DNA of 64,000 bases from an uncultured Alphaproteobacteria bacterium (GTDB lineage: Bacteria; Pseudomonadota; Alphaproteobacteria; Methylaequorales; Methylaequoraceae). Each line of letters starts with the position of its first letter. Position 1 is the first letter of the stretch. Shown piece after piece: positions 23,601 through 33,281 of the stretch. The stretch is taken from assembly GCA_902526175.1 (NCBI GenBank), contig CABZJY010000002.1, positions 122,372 to 186,371 of the forward strand, read 5' to 3'. A program made the translations under genes and the position numbers. Below the pieces are notes generated by a model that was given only the letters and a program-made list of their open reading frames with translations, searched no databases and was not told the origin of the DNA.

Positions 23601-24087
23601 AACTATTTTTAACTGTTTAGTTGTAATTAATGAATTCATACAAAGGGTTTCTAAATTTGGAAAGAAGTATGCTTTTTTAAATTTATCTGATGACTCAGAT
23701 GAAGTTGAAGTTGTTTGTTTTTCTGACGTTTTATCTAAAATTGAACAATTACCACACAATGGAGATATCTGTAAAGTAAAGCTGGAATTAATAAAAAATC
23801 AGGATCAAGATAGATTAATATTAGTTGATTTGGTCTTACTCGACATAAAGAAAAGTCTTAAAAATCTTGATATTCAAGTAGATTTGGATTCTTCAGTTCT
23901 TGATTTCAAAAGTTTTAAAAATATTTTGAATGATAATATTGGAGGAGAAAATCATATTACTTTTTGTCTTAAAAAAGATAATTTCGACATAAAAATAGAA
24001 TCCGAGGAAAATTTTAAAATAAATTTAAACTTTCTAAATAAATTGAAAAAAACCAGGGGGATTAAAAATATAATTAAAAAGAATTAA
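20683..24087 (+). CDS. dnaE: DNA polymerase III subunit alpha
   Basis: 1134 aa with an N-terminal PHP domain, a pol IIIalpha core (GPGRGSGAGSLVAWCLTIT; MPDFDIDFC) and a C-terminal OB/tau-binding region. Confidence 0.93.
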   Translation: MNNQFIHIRNYTQYSLSIGALRISDLINYCIEFQSPAIGISDFNNLFGSMEFSLECKKNGIQPILACNVSINDCNYIESELILIAKNETGFQNLSKLVSSSYLKKKKVSLSLEDLRFFANGLICLTGGMNGLVKKQFENHDINKTSCLLGDLEKIFDENLYLEIQREEPNIDSSFNEFIINYSLTKNIPLVATNENYFLKKSYHETHDALICISQQKYIDSDDRKIVGINSYLKTPNEMNLLFKNLPEAISNTINLAKCCSFIIEEKKSTLPKIYNTKDEDSILKEKSELGLQMKLRELNDNEKKSYQDRLKFELDIITKMGYSGYFLIVADFIQWAKKNKIPVGPGRGSGAGSLVAWCLTITNLDPIRFGLIFERFLNPERISMPDFDIDFCMEKRDEVIKYVQKKYDKSRVAQIITFGSFQARAALRDVGRVMQMPYSQVDSICKLVPYNPAKPVSLKESVDNDEKLKQLIKSDEIINKLFKISMNLEGLLRHASTHAAGVVISDKKLIDLLPLYRDPKSDLPVTQFTMKYVEKAGLVKFDFLGLKTLTVIEKTCSILRKKSIFIDIDNIDLNDQKTFKMLQQGKTIGVFQFDGKGMRETICQIKPTRFEDLIAIVSLYRPGPMDNIPTFIKRKNIGEKFDYLHPDLKDILDETYGIMVYQEQVMQIAQKLAGFSLAKADLLRRAMGKKIKSEMKAQKENFIGGCKKNLIKENIAENLYNEIEKFAGYGFNKSHAAAYALIAFQTAFLKSHYPLEFFCASMQCDNGNIDKISIFCKEIRSLGYKIFNPDINYSYDTFDVSYNESGCAIGINYSLSAIKNIGENSIKKLVLEREKNGKFKSIIDLLKRLDNSILNKRQLESLIYSGSLNSIESNGFFLEKNITKLLKFNSSFHENKNLFQQNLFSNEAYDFVKPNENENDWDIFTRLKKEHDSIGFYLSNHPLEYCKEIIDSNNFDKLDHIEGKKSKEKYSKTIFNCLVVINEFIQRVSKFGKKYAFLNLSDDSDEVEVVCFSDVLSKIEQLPHNGDICKVKLELIKNQDQDRLILVDLVLLDIKKSLKNLDIQVDLDSSVLDFKSFKNILNDNIGGENHITFCLKKDNFDIKIESEENFKINLNFLNKLKKTRGIKNIIKKN

Positions 24088-24193
24088 AAGTCTTGTAAAG
24101 TTTCAATTAAAAGTGTAAAAAAAAAAAATATTCCACACATTATGCATGATCCCGGTGTTATTTTAGCATAATGGAGGTTTAACCGGAGTTAAG

Positions 24194-24916
24194 ATGAAAA
24201 GTGTAACTATAAAAGATTTATTAGATGCTGGTATCCATTTTGGTCACAAGACCAAGAGATGGAACCCTAAAATGTCCTCATATATTTTTGGTGAAAGAAA
24301 CGGTATTCATATAATTGATTTACAACAAACAGTAGGTTGTTTGAATCGTGCATTAGACAAAATTAAAGAGTTTGCTTCGCAAAATAAAAATATTTTATTT
24401 GTGGGAACAAAAAGACAGGCCTCTGAAATTATTTCAAAAGCAGCCATTGATTGTAAACAATATTATATTAATAAGAGATGGTTAGGTGGAATGCTTACCA
24501 ACTGGGACACAATTCAAAACTCCATTAAGAGATTGAAAGAAATGGAAGTTATTTTAAGTGAAAAAAGTTATACCTATACGAAAAAGGAAACTCTTAACTT
24601 TGAAAAAAATGTAAATAAATTAAATAAGGCATTAGGTGGTATTAAAGATATGAATGGTATGCCTGACATATTATTCATTATTGATACTAACAAGGAATTT
24701 TTAGCGGTAAATGAAGCCAATAAGATAGGAATTCCTATTGTTGCTGTTGTTGATTCAAATTCAAATCCTGAAGGCATAGATTATCCAATACCAGGAAATG
24801 ATGACGCTATTAGATCAATAGAGTATTACTGCCAACACATAACAGAAACAGTTAATGAATCGAGGAAATCGTCTTTAGACAAAGATATGCAAGCTTCAAT
24901 GGAAAATAAAAAGTAG
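24194..24916 (+). CDS. rpsB: 30S ribosomal protein S2
   Basis: Sequence LLDAGIHFGHKTKRWNPKM...RWLGGMLTNW; RBS GGAGG upstream. Confidence 0.93.
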   Translation: MKSVTIKDLLDAGIHFGHKTKRWNPKMSSYIFGERNGIHIIDLQQTVGCLNRALDKIKEFASQNKNILFVGTKRQASEIISKAAIDCKQYYINKRWLGGMLTNWDTIQNSIKRLKEMEVILSEKSYTYTKKETLNFEKNVNKLNKALGGIKDMNGMPDILFIIDTNKEFLAVNEANKIGIPIVAVVDSNSNPEGIDYPIPGNDDAIRSIEYYCQHITETVNESRKSSLDKDMQASMENKK

Positions 24917-24918
24917 AA

Positions 24919-25794
24919 ATGATTTCAGCTGAAAAAATTAAAAACCTTAGGATAAAAACTGGTGCTGGAATGATGGATTGTAAGAAAGCACTTCAGGAAG
25001 TAAATGGTGACTTAGAAAGCGCAGTGGACTGGCTCAGAAAAAAGGGAATAAGCACAGCACAAAAGAAGGCCGATAGATCAGCCTCAGATGGTCTTATAAC
25101 AGTAGCAAAAGAAAACAATCTTGCTTGCATAGTTGAGATTAACTCTGAAACTGATTTTGTTGCTAGAAACGAAGATTTTCAGAATTTTTGTAACTTAGTT
25201 TCGAAAACAATATTATCTAACAAGATAGACAATATTGATGATCTTATGAAAACTAATTTAGAAAGTTCACAATCTAGCGTATCAGAATCTCTCACAGAAT
25301 TACTTGCAAAGATAGGTGAAAATATTTTAATAAAAAGATTAGATTTTATAGAATCTGATAAAAACATATTTACTCAAAAATACATCCACAATAGTGTCAA
25401 TGAAAACTCTGGAAAGATTGGTGTGTTGTTATCTATAAGATATGACAATAGTAATGAAAAGCTTGACTCGTTTACTAAAAACCTAGCTATGCATATTGCT
25501 GCAATGTCACCAAAATCTATAGATGTTAATGATTTAGATAAAGAACTTGTAGAAAGAGAAAAAAATATTTTTCAAGATCAAGAAAAAAAATCAAATAAAC
25601 CAGACGAGATTAAAGAAAAAATTATTAATGGTAAATTAAATAAATTTTTTAGTGAAGTTTGCTTATTAAAACAAGATTTTGTTATGGAAAATAAAACTAA
25701 AGTAAAAGATTACATAAATACATTTGAAAAAGAAAATAACTGTAATATAGAAATACAAGATTATTTTATTTACAAAGTCGGGGAAACATCTTAA
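24919..25794 (+). CDS. tsf: Elongation factor Ts
   Basis: Sequence LRIKTGAGMMDCKKAL...VEINSETDFVARNEDF (EF-Ts), immediately downstream of rpsB. Confidence 0.92.
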   Translation: MISAEKIKNLRIKTGAGMMDCKKALQEVNGDLESAVDWLRKKGISTAQKKADRSASDGLITVAKENNLACIVEINSETDFVARNEDFQNFCNLVSKTILSNKIDNIDDLMKTNLESSQSSVSESLTELLAKIGENILIKRLDFIESDKNIFTQKYIHNSVNENSGKIGVLLSIRYDNSNEKLDSFTKNLAMHIAAMSPKSIDVNDLDKELVEREKNIFQDQEKKSNKPDEIKEKIINGKLNKFFSEVCLLKQDFVMENKTKVKDYINTFEKENNCNIEIQDYFIYKVGETS

Positions 25795-25805
25795 ATATTT
25801 CTTCA

Positions 25806-26516
25806 ATGAAACCCTTATTTAATCATATTTTATTGAAGCTTTCTGGTGAAGCTTTAATGGGTAAAAAGGAGTTTGGCATTGATTTGGAAACCATAAATTC
25901 TATAACAAAACAAATATATCATATTTACAAACTAGGTATAAAAGTATCAATAGTTGTTGGCGGGGGGAATATATTTCGAGGCATATCTGCTCAAGCAAGT
26001 GGAATGGATAGAACTTCTGCTGATTATACCGGAATGATGGCGACTGTAATTAACGCATTACTTTTACAAAATTCATTAGAGAAACTCGGTCTTCAGACAA
26101 GAGTTTTATCAGCAATAAAAATGGATACAATATGTGAACCCTATATAAGAAGAAGAGCAATTAGACACGTAGAAAAAAATAGAATTGTTATTTTTGCTGC
26201 TGGAACTGGAAATCCCTTTTTTACTACAGACACAGCTGCAGCACTTAGGGCCTCTGAAATGAAGTGTGATGTAATTTTTAAGGCAACTATGGTTGATGGA
26301 ATATATGATTCTGATCCAAAAAAAAACAAAAATGCAAAAAAGTTTAAAAAATTAAGTTATAATGAAGTAATAAAAAGAAATTTAAAAATAATGGATACTT
26401 CATCAATATCGTTATCGCGAGATAATAAAATTGCTATTGTAGTGTTTTCTTTGTTGAAAGAAAACTCTCTTGTTAAGGCCTCTAAAGGTGAGGGTTCATT
26501 CACACTTATAAATTGA
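25806..26516 (+). CDS. pyrH: UMP kinase
   Basis: Sequence ILLKLSGEAL...VVGGGNIFRG...TDTAAALRA, the amino-acid-kinase fold of PyrH. Confidence 0.92.
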   Translation: MKPLFNHILLKLSGEALMGKKEFGIDLETINSITKQIYHIYKLGIKVSIVVGGGNIFRGISAQASGMDRTSADYTGMMATVINALLLQNSLEKLGLQTRVLSAIKMDTICEPYIRRRAIRHVEKNRIVIFAAGTGNPFFTTDTAAALRASEMKCDVIFKATMVDGIYDSDPKKNKNAKKFKKLSYNEVIKRNLKIMDTSSISLSRDNKIAIVVFSLLKENSLVKASKGEGSFTLIN

Positions 26517-26518
26517 TT

Positions 26519-27073
26519 ATGTCATTTGAAATTTCAGAATATAAAAATAAAATGAGTAAATCTTTTGAGATACTAAAGAAGGAATTATCAGGTTTAAGAA
26601 CTGGTAGAGCTTCACCAGGTTTAATAGAACCTCTAAGTGTAGATGCCTACGGTTCAAAAGTGCCTATTACACAAATTGGAAATATAAGTGTACCTGAACC
26701 CAGAATGTTATCGATACAGGTTTGGGATCAGTCACTTGTTGAAGCTGTTGAAAGCTCAATTCGAAATTCAAATCTAGGATTAAATCCTATGACAGAAGGA
26801 ACCCTCATAAGATTACCAGTTCCTGACTTGACTGAAGAGAGAAGAAAGGAAATTGTAAAGCTAGCAGGTAAATATTGTGAAGAATGCAGAATTGGAATCA
26901 GAAATATAAGAAGAGATGCAATGGATGAAGTAAAAAATAAAGAAAAAAATAAAGAAATTTCAAAGGATGAAATGTTTGAACATTCTGAAAATATACAAAA
27001 ATTAACCGACGAATTTATAGCTCAAGTAGATAGTTTATTTGAAGAAAAGGAAAAAGATATTCTTACAATATAA
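26519..27073 (+). CDS. frr: Ribosome recycling factor
   Basis: Sequence LRTGRASPGLIE...IRNIRRDAMDE (RRF). ATG at 26519; an alternative TTG at 26513 overlaps the pyrH stop. Confidence 0.9.
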   Translation: MSFEISEYKNKMSKSFEILKKELSGLRTGRASPGLIEPLSVDAYGSKVPITQIGNISVPEPRMLSIQVWDQSLVEAVESSIRNSNLGLNPMTEGTLIRLPVPDLTEERRKEIVKLAGKYCEECRIGIRNIRRDAMDEVKNKEKNKEISKDEMFEHSENIQKLTDEFIAQVDSLFEEKEKDILTI

Positions 27074-27771
27074 TGAAAAAGAGTTTTCCACTATCATATT
27101 ACCCAAAACATATTGCATTTATTATGGATGGAAATAGACGATGGGCAAAAAAAAGAAATCTTCCTTTAATTGACGGCCATAAAAAAGGAGCTAAAGTAAT
27201 TGAAAAAATTTTAGAAAAAGCTTTAGAAATTAATATCAAATATCTAACATTTTATAGTTTTTCAACTGAAAATTGGAAAAGAAGCGCAACGGAGGTAAGA
27301 GAGTTACAGAGTCTTTTAAGTAAATATCTAGAATCTGAAGCAGAGAGGTTCATAAGTGAGAAAATTAGATTTCAAACAATTGGTAATCTTAAAAAATTTG
27401 GTAACGATATTAGGGATAAAATTTTAAGACTAGAGCAAAAGACGAAAGGTTTTAATAGATTATTTTTTACCTTGGCGTTAAATTACGGAGCGAGGGATGA
27501 AATACTTAATGCAGTTAATTCAATTTTAAAAAAAAAAAAAAGTATCAATGAAAAAAATTTTACATCTTTTTTAATGACAAAAAATTTACCAGACCCTGAT
27601 TTTATTATAAGAACATCAGGTGAAATGAGAATTTCAAACTTTTTACTATGGCAAATTGCTTACACAGAACTCTATTTTACTAAAACATTATGGCCGGACT
27701 TTAATGGTATGAAATTTAATAATGCCTTGAAAAATTATATATCAAGAAAAAGAACTTATGGAAGTTCATAA
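27073..27771 (+). CDS. uppS: Undecaprenyl-diphosphate synthase
   Basis: Sequence HIAFIMDGNRRWAKK...FSTENWKR...NYGARDEI, the cis-prenyltransferase motifs. Confidence 0.92.
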   Translation: MKKSFPLSYYPKHIAFIMDGNRRWAKKRNLPLIDGHKKGAKVIEKILEKALEINIKYLTFYSFSTENWKRSATEVRELQSLLSKYLESEAERFISEKIRFQTIGNLKKFGNDIRDKILRLEQKTKGFNRLFFTLALNYGARDEILNAVNSILKKKKSINEKNFTSFLMTKNLPDPDFIIRTSGEMRISNFLLWQIAYTELYFTKTLWPDFNGMKFNNALKNYISRKRTYGSS

Positions 27772-28596
27772 ATGAATTTATCAAGAATTTACAGTTCAGT
27801 TTTCATGTTATTTTTCCTTCTACTTTGCTTAAAAAGTTCTTTGTTTTTTAAAATTTTCTTTATACATATTTTATCATTCTTTGCAATTTGGGAATATTTA
27901 AGAATCATAAAATTATCAAAAATAAAAAATAAAAATGAAACCGCAGATATAAATTTAACTAGAATAAGACTTAATATTGGTGATTATATGGTTTTATTTT
28001 CTTTTCAATTATTTTTTTTGTTAAATAATAATTCGTTTTCTATTGCTTCACCAATTTTAATGGTGTTTACAATATTACTAATATTTTATTTTTTTAATAA
28101 GAAAAGATTAAAATATTCTTTTGGTCTATTTTATATTTTTTTCCCCTTTTTTTTTTTTAATGAGCTAATTGATGACAATTATTTATTTTTTCTAACTATT
28201 GCATTTACAGTTACAATTTCTACTGATGTTGGAGCTTATATAGCTGGAAATATTATAGGAGGTTCGAAAATTGCTCCAACACTTAGCCCTAATAAAACCT
28301 GGGCTGGTTTCTTTGGAGGAATATTGGCAACACTTTTCATCTCAAATTTTATTTTTCAAAATAATAGTTCCATTGTTTATGGAACATTATTTTTTTTATT
28401 TGCTTCAATAGTTTGTCAGTTAGGTGATATGACTGAATCTGCTCTAAAAAGAAGCTTTAATATTAAAGATAGCGGAAGTTTTATACCTGGACATGGTGGT
28501 ATATTAGATAGATTAGATAGCTTTTTTACTTTAATTCTATTTATAATGTTATTAAATTTTCTTAATTTTGATTTTTCATCTCATTTTGTTTTATAA
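27772..28596 (+). CDS. cdsA: Phosphatidate cytidylyltransferase
   Basis: Polytopic membrane protein with the C-terminal CTP-transferase signature SALKRSFNIKDSGSFIPGHGGILDRLDS. Confidence 0.88.
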   Translation: MNLSRIYSSVFMLFFLLLCLKSSLFFKIFFIHILSFFAIWEYLRIIKLSKIKNKNETADINLTRIRLNIGDYMVLFSFQLFFLLNNNSFSIASPILMVFTILLIFYFFNKKRLKYSFGLFYIFFPFFFFNELIDDNYLFFLTIAFTVTISTDVGAYIAGNIIGGSKIAPTLSPNKTWAGFFGGILATLFISNFIFQNNSSIVYGTLFFLFASIVCQLGDMTESALKRSFNIKDSGSFIPGHGGILDRLDSFFTLILFIMLLNFLNFDFSSHFVL

Positions 28597-28603
28597 TTCT
28601 AAA

Positions 28604-29761
28604 ATGGCTAAGAAAAAAATTACTATATTAGGTTCATCTGGATCTGTTGGCAGATCAACATTAGATATCGTTTATAATCACCCTGATAAATTTGAGATAG
28701 TAGGTTTAACAATAAATAAAGATTATCCTACACTTATTAAACAAATTAAAACTTTTAGCCCAAAAGTTGTTGCAATTAAAAATGATGAGGCATATAAAAA
28801 ATTTAAATCTGAGAGTAATTTTGATAATGTTACTGTAATTGGTGGTGATAAGTGTTTAACTGATATATTAGATTTTTCTGTTGATTTTGTAATGGCAAGT
28901 ATTGTTGGATCAGCAGGACTTTTACCTATCCTTAAAGCTGCGCAAAAAGGTTATACTATTGGATTAGCAAATAAAGAAAGTTTAGTTTGTTCTGGATCTA
29001 TACTGAAAGAGGTTGTTCGTAAAAATAATTCTAAAATTTTACCAATAGATTCTGAGCATAATGCCATATTTCAAGTATTTGAAAATGATAATAAAAGCGA
29101 AATTGAAAAGATAATTTTGACAGCTTCTGGCGGACCTTTTATTGGAAAAACTATTAAAGATTTGAGGAATGTTTCACCAAATGATGCAATAAAACATCCA
29201 AATTGGTCTATGGGAAAAAAAATTTCAGTAGATTCTGCAACATTGATGAACAAAGGTCTCGAAGTTATTGAGGCTCATTATCTTTTTGATATTCCTATTG
29301 AAAAAATTGACGTTTTAGTTCATCCACAATCAATTGTACATTCCTGTGTTGAATATGCCGATGGTTCAATTTTAGCTCAAATGGGTTCTCCTGACATGAA
29401 AACACCAATTGCGTATGCGCTTGCTTACCCTAAAAGAATAAGTGCACCTGTAGAAAAATTAAGTTTGAGTAAGATTAATCAATTAACATTTCAGGAACCA
29501 GATTATCATACATTTCCCGCACTAAAATTAGCTATGGAGGCATTAAAAATAAAACAAAATGCACCTACAATACTTAATGCAGCCAATGAAGTTGCGGTTG
29601 AAGCATTTTTAGATAAAAAAATATCTTTTTTATCAATTTCTAAAATAGTTGATTTAACTTTAAATAAAGCTAAAATTTGCAAAATAAAGAGTTTGGATGA
29701 TTTACTTGAAGAAGATAAGCTGGCAAGAAAAATGGCAAATGAAATAGTGTTATCGATATAA
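28604..29761 (+). CDS. dxr: 1-deoxy-D-xylulose 5-phosphate reductoisomerase
   Basis: Sequence ITILGSSGSVGRSTLD...LANKESLV...PIDSEHNA...NKGLEVIEA. The ATG at 28604 gives a canonical N-terminus; the ORF opens earlier at 28568. Confidence 0.9.
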   Translation: MAKKKITILGSSGSVGRSTLDIVYNHPDKFEIVGLTINKDYPTLIKQIKTFSPKVVAIKNDEAYKKFKSESNFDNVTVIGGDKCLTDILDFSVDFVMASIVGSAGLLPILKAAQKGYTIGLANKESLVCSGSILKEVVRKNNSKILPIDSEHNAIFQVFENDNKSEIEKIILTASGGPFIGKTIKDLRNVSPNDAIKHPNWSMGKKISVDSATLMNKGLEVIEAHYLFDIPIEKIDVLVHPQSIVHSCVEYADGSILAQMGSPDMKTPIAYALAYPKRISAPVEKLSLSKINQLTFQEPDYHTFPALKLAMEALKIKQNAPTILNAANEVAVEAFLDKKISFLSISKIVDLTLNKAKICKIKSLDDLLEEDKLARKMANEIVLSI

Positions 29762-29773
29762 ATCAATAAAGTT

Positions 29774-30844
29774 ATGATTATAGAAACATTTTTTAGCTTT
29801 TTAAATACTATATTCCCTTTTTTGGTAATATTAACTATATTAGTTTTTGTTCATGAATTAGGCCACTACTTGCTTGCCATCTACAATGGTGTGAAAGTTG
29901 AAGTATTTTCAATTGGGTTTGGAAAAGAATTATTTGGTTTTGATGATAGGAAGGGTACTAGGTGGAAATTTTCTCTTATTCCTTTAGGTGGTTATGTAAA
30001 GATGCACGGAGATGCAGATGAAGCTAGTTCGCAACAAGTCGAAGCCAATGAAAAACAAAAAATAGACGAAAATTTATCCTTTCATACTAAATCTGTTGGG
30101 GCAAGATCTGCAATTCTTTTTGCAGGTCCCTTAGCAAATTTTTTGTTTTCGTTTATTTTACTTGTTTTTATAAACTCATGGTTTGGTTATAGTGTTAACA
30201 AACCCATTATATCAGAATTAATCCCAAATAAACCTGCAGAAATATCAGGTTTAGCAGTTGGAGATACAATTTTAATGGTTGATAATTCAGAAATAGAAAC
30301 ATTTGAAGATATAAAAGAAAATATTAAAGATTTAAATGGAGAGATTATAGATTTTGTTGTTGAAAGAAATGATAAGCAATTGAATTTTAAAGTTAAAGTT
30401 GAAAATGGTTTGGTTGGTATAAGAGGTAGTGAAAGTTTTAAGAAGAAACTATCTTTCACTCAATCTTTAATAAAATCCTACGAACAGATATTTTATTTTA
30501 CTAAAGCAACTTTGGTTGGGATTTATGAAATATTTAAAGGTGACAGAAGCTCTGAAGAACTTGGAGGACCAATTAGAATAGCGGAATTATCATCTGACTT
30601 CTGGGAAAAGGGTGTATATAGTACTCTTTGGTTTATGGTTTTAATTTCATTAAATCTTGGACTAATAAACCTATTTCCTATACCACTTCTAGATGGTGGA
30701 CATCTTCTATTTAATGCTGTAGAGGTTATTAAAGGATCACCTGTAGATAAAAAATTTATGCACATGTTTAATAGTATTGGATTTTTTATCTTAATTTCAT
30801 TAATGCTTTTTGCAACTTACAATGATGTCTCAAGATTTTTGTAG
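29774..30844 (+). CDS. rseP: RIP zinc metalloprotease RseP (site-2 protease)
   Basis: HExxH (HELGHY) in TM1, a PDZ domain, and a C-terminal LDGGH motif. Confidence 0.88.
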   Translation: MIIETFFSFLNTIFPFLVILTILVFVHELGHYLLAIYNGVKVEVFSIGFGKELFGFDDRKGTRWKFSLIPLGGYVKMHGDADEASSQQVEANEKQKIDENLSFHTKSVGARSAILFAGPLANFLFSFILLVFINSWFGYSVNKPIISELIPNKPAEISGLAVGDTILMVDNSEIETFEDIKENIKDLNGEIIDFVVERNDKQLNFKVKVENGLVGIRGSESFKKKLSFTQSLIKSYEQIFYFTKATLVGIYEIFKGDRSSEELGGPIRIAELSSDFWEKGVYSTLWFMVLISLNLGLINLFPIPLLDGGHLLFNAVEVIKGSPVDKKFMHMFNSIGFFILISLMLFATYNDVSRFL

Positions 30845-30849
30845 ATATA

Positions 30850-33249
30850 ATGTATAAGTGCTTTATATATTTTAAGATATTTACTGTCTGTTTATTTATA
30901 ATTAATTATGTATTTCTCCAAAAAATAAATTCCAATGAATTGTATCCTACTACTCCTTCATCATCCTATGGCAGCGATTATTTCAAAAAAAAAAAATTAG
31001 ATAATAACTACGAGATAAAAAACGAAGATTTTAAACAAAAAGAAGTAAATAGAAATTTAAAGCCAAATCAAAAAAATATTAAAGTAAAGGGAAATATTAG
31101 ATTAGATTCTAATGTAATAATAAGAGATTCAAAAATAAACGAATACGATTTGTTAGATCAGAAAGCATTTAGCAATATAATTAAAAATCTATATGCAACA
31201 GGGTATTTTAGTGATGTAAAAATCACTGAAAATAAACAAAACATTTTTATAAGTATAAAAGAAAACCCGATAATAGATAATATAGCTTTTGAGGGTAATA
31301 AAGAAATAAATGATGAAACAATTTTAAGTGAAATTTCATTGAGAACTAAAAAAGTATTTTCTTCAAATAAAGTTAAATCTGATGTTTTAAAAATTCAAAA
31401 TCTTTATAAGAGATTAGGTTTTTTTTCTACTTTTATTGATCCAAAAATAATAAATTTAGGACAAAATAGAATTAATCTAGTATTTGAAATAAGCGAGGGA
31501 TTAGAAGCAAAAATAAAAAAAATTAATTTTATTGGTAACAAAGAATTTTCTGATTCTACTCTAAGTGATGTTATTTATTCCGAGCAAAGCAGATGGTATA
31601 AATTTTGGGGATCGAGTGATAAATTTGATCAAGATAGAATTGATTACGATAAAGATTTGTTAAAAAAATATTATTACGACAATGGGTATATAGACTTTAG
31701 AGTAGTTTCAGCTAATTCTCAACTGGTAATGGATAGAAAAAATTTTGTCATTAACTTTAAGGTGTTTGAAGGTTCTAGATATTCGATTGAAGAAATAAAT
31801 ATAGAAATAACTAATAAAGAACTAAAAAATATAAATTTTTATGATCTAATTTCGTCTGAAGTAGATGATTGGTTCAGTTCAAAACTAGTAGAAAGGGATA
31901 TTGATAGAATTACAGAGAAATCTTCTGACTTTGGATTTGCATTTGTTGATGTAAGACCAAAAATTAGAAAAAGTAATGGTGGAAAAGTTATCTTAACATA
32001 CGTTATTCAAGAGAGCGAAAAAATTTATGTTGAGAGAATAAATATTAGAGGAAATACAAAAACTCATGACAAAGTTATTAGAAGAGAAATACAATTTTCA
32101 GAGGGTGATGCTTTCAATTTATCAAAAATAAAAAAATCTGAGAGAAATCTTAATAAATTAGGACTTTTTAATAAAGTTGAATTAAATTATGATCCACTTC
32201 CAAGGTCTAATAAGACAAATATAGACATTGAAATTGAAGAAGCTTCAACGGGCGAATTTTCTGTTGGTGCAGGTTTCTCTTCACTAGACGGAGCTTTGGC
32301 AAATGTTGGTATTAAAGAATCTAATTTATTTGGTGAAGGAAGAGAACTTTCACTTTCACTAGGTATTTCAACTAGAAAGTCAAATATAGATTTAAAATAT
32401 ACAGAACCTTTTTTTCTCGGCAAAAACATTGCTACTGGAATTGATATTTTTAATATCAGAAATAATATGAAAACTTATAGTGGCTACAAACATAATATGA
32501 TTGGTTTTAAATTAAGGGCCGGATACGAAATAATTGACGATTTAAGACATTTTTCTAGTTATACATTACGAAGAGATAAAATTCATGATATTGATCCAGC
32601 TACATCAATTTATATAAGATCACAAGAAGGTAAGAATGTGACTTCAGCAATTGGACAGGCATTACAATACGATAACTTAAATGACAGATTAAATCCAACC
32701 GATGGCTACAGACTAAGATTTGATATAGATTATTTTGGTCTAGGTGGTGATTCAAATCATATTACTACTGAACTTAAATTTGCAAAATTTACTAAATTGT
32801 TTGAAACAACTTTCGTTGGTAATTTTATTGAATTAGGATACATAGAGCCACTAGATGATCAGGTCAAAATTAATGATAGATTTATTTTTACTGGAGAAAG
32901 AATTAGAGGATTTAAAAATGCTGGTGTTGGCCCTAGGGATGTTTCAACTACCGATGCTTTAGGTGGAGAGAAATATATTATTTCAAGAAATGAATTAAAT
33001 TTTCCACTAGGTTTGCCTGAAGACTTAGGCGTCGGCGGTCTAATTTTTGGTGATATTGGAACATTGTTTAAAGCATCTGAAACAGGTACTAATGTAAGAG
33101 ATGATATAAAAATAAGAGCCTCAGCTGGTGTTGGTATTTCATGGCAATCTCCATTTGGACCAGTTAAGATTTATTTATCAAAGGCATTCTTAAAAGAATC
33201 ATTTGATAAAGTCGAGACATTTCGTTTTAGTTTTGGTACAACATATTAA
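30850..33249 (+). CDS. bamA: Outer membrane protein assembly factor BamA
   Basis: 799 aa with a signal peptide, POTRA repeats and a C-terminal Omp85 barrel ending ...FRFSFGTTY. Confidence 0.9.
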   Translation: MYKCFIYFKIFTVCLFIINYVFLQKINSNELYPTTPSSSYGSDYFKKKKLDNNYEIKNEDFKQKEVNRNLKPNQKNIKVKGNIRLDSNVIIRDSKINEYDLLDQKAFSNIIKNLYATGYFSDVKITENKQNIFISIKENPIIDNIAFEGNKEINDETILSEISLRTKKVFSSNKVKSDVLKIQNLYKRLGFFSTFIDPKIINLGQNRINLVFEISEGLEAKIKKINFIGNKEFSDSTLSDVIYSEQSRWYKFWGSSDKFDQDRIDYDKDLLKKYYYDNGYIDFRVVSANSQLVMDRKNFVINFKVFEGSRYSIEEINIEITNKELKNINFYDLISSEVDDWFSSKLVERDIDRITEKSSDFGFAFVDVRPKIRKSNGGKVILTYVIQESEKIYVERINIRGNTKTHDKVIRREIQFSEGDAFNLSKIKKSERNLNKLGLFNKVELNYDPLPRSNKTNIDIEIEEASTGEFSVGAGFSSLDGALANVGIKESNLFGEGRELSLSLGISTRKSNIDLKYTEPFFLGKNIATGIDIFNIRNNMKTYSGYKHNMIGFKLRAGYEIIDDLRHFSSYTLRRDKIHDIDPATSIYIRSQEGKNVTSAIGQALQYDNLNDRLNPTDGYRLRFDIDYFGLGGDSNHITTELKFAKFTKLFETTFVGNFIELGYIEPLDDQVKINDRFIFTGERIRGFKNAGVGPRDVSTTDALGGEKYIISRNELNFPLGLPEDLGVGGLIFGDIGTLFKASETGTNVRDDIKIRASAGVGISWQSPFGPVKIYLSKAFLKESFDKVETFRFSFGTTY

Positions 33250-33281
33250 TATAAAATTATTATTAATTTACAGGAGTAAAA

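Noticed and set aside
24152-24186. Hairpin CCGGT...ACCGG in the rpsB leader as a riboswitch or ncRNA gene
   Set aside because: The stem is only 5 bp with a roughly 25-nt loop and no further structure. This is too weak to annotate as an RNA feature, so it is kept only as a low-interest regulatory hypothesis.
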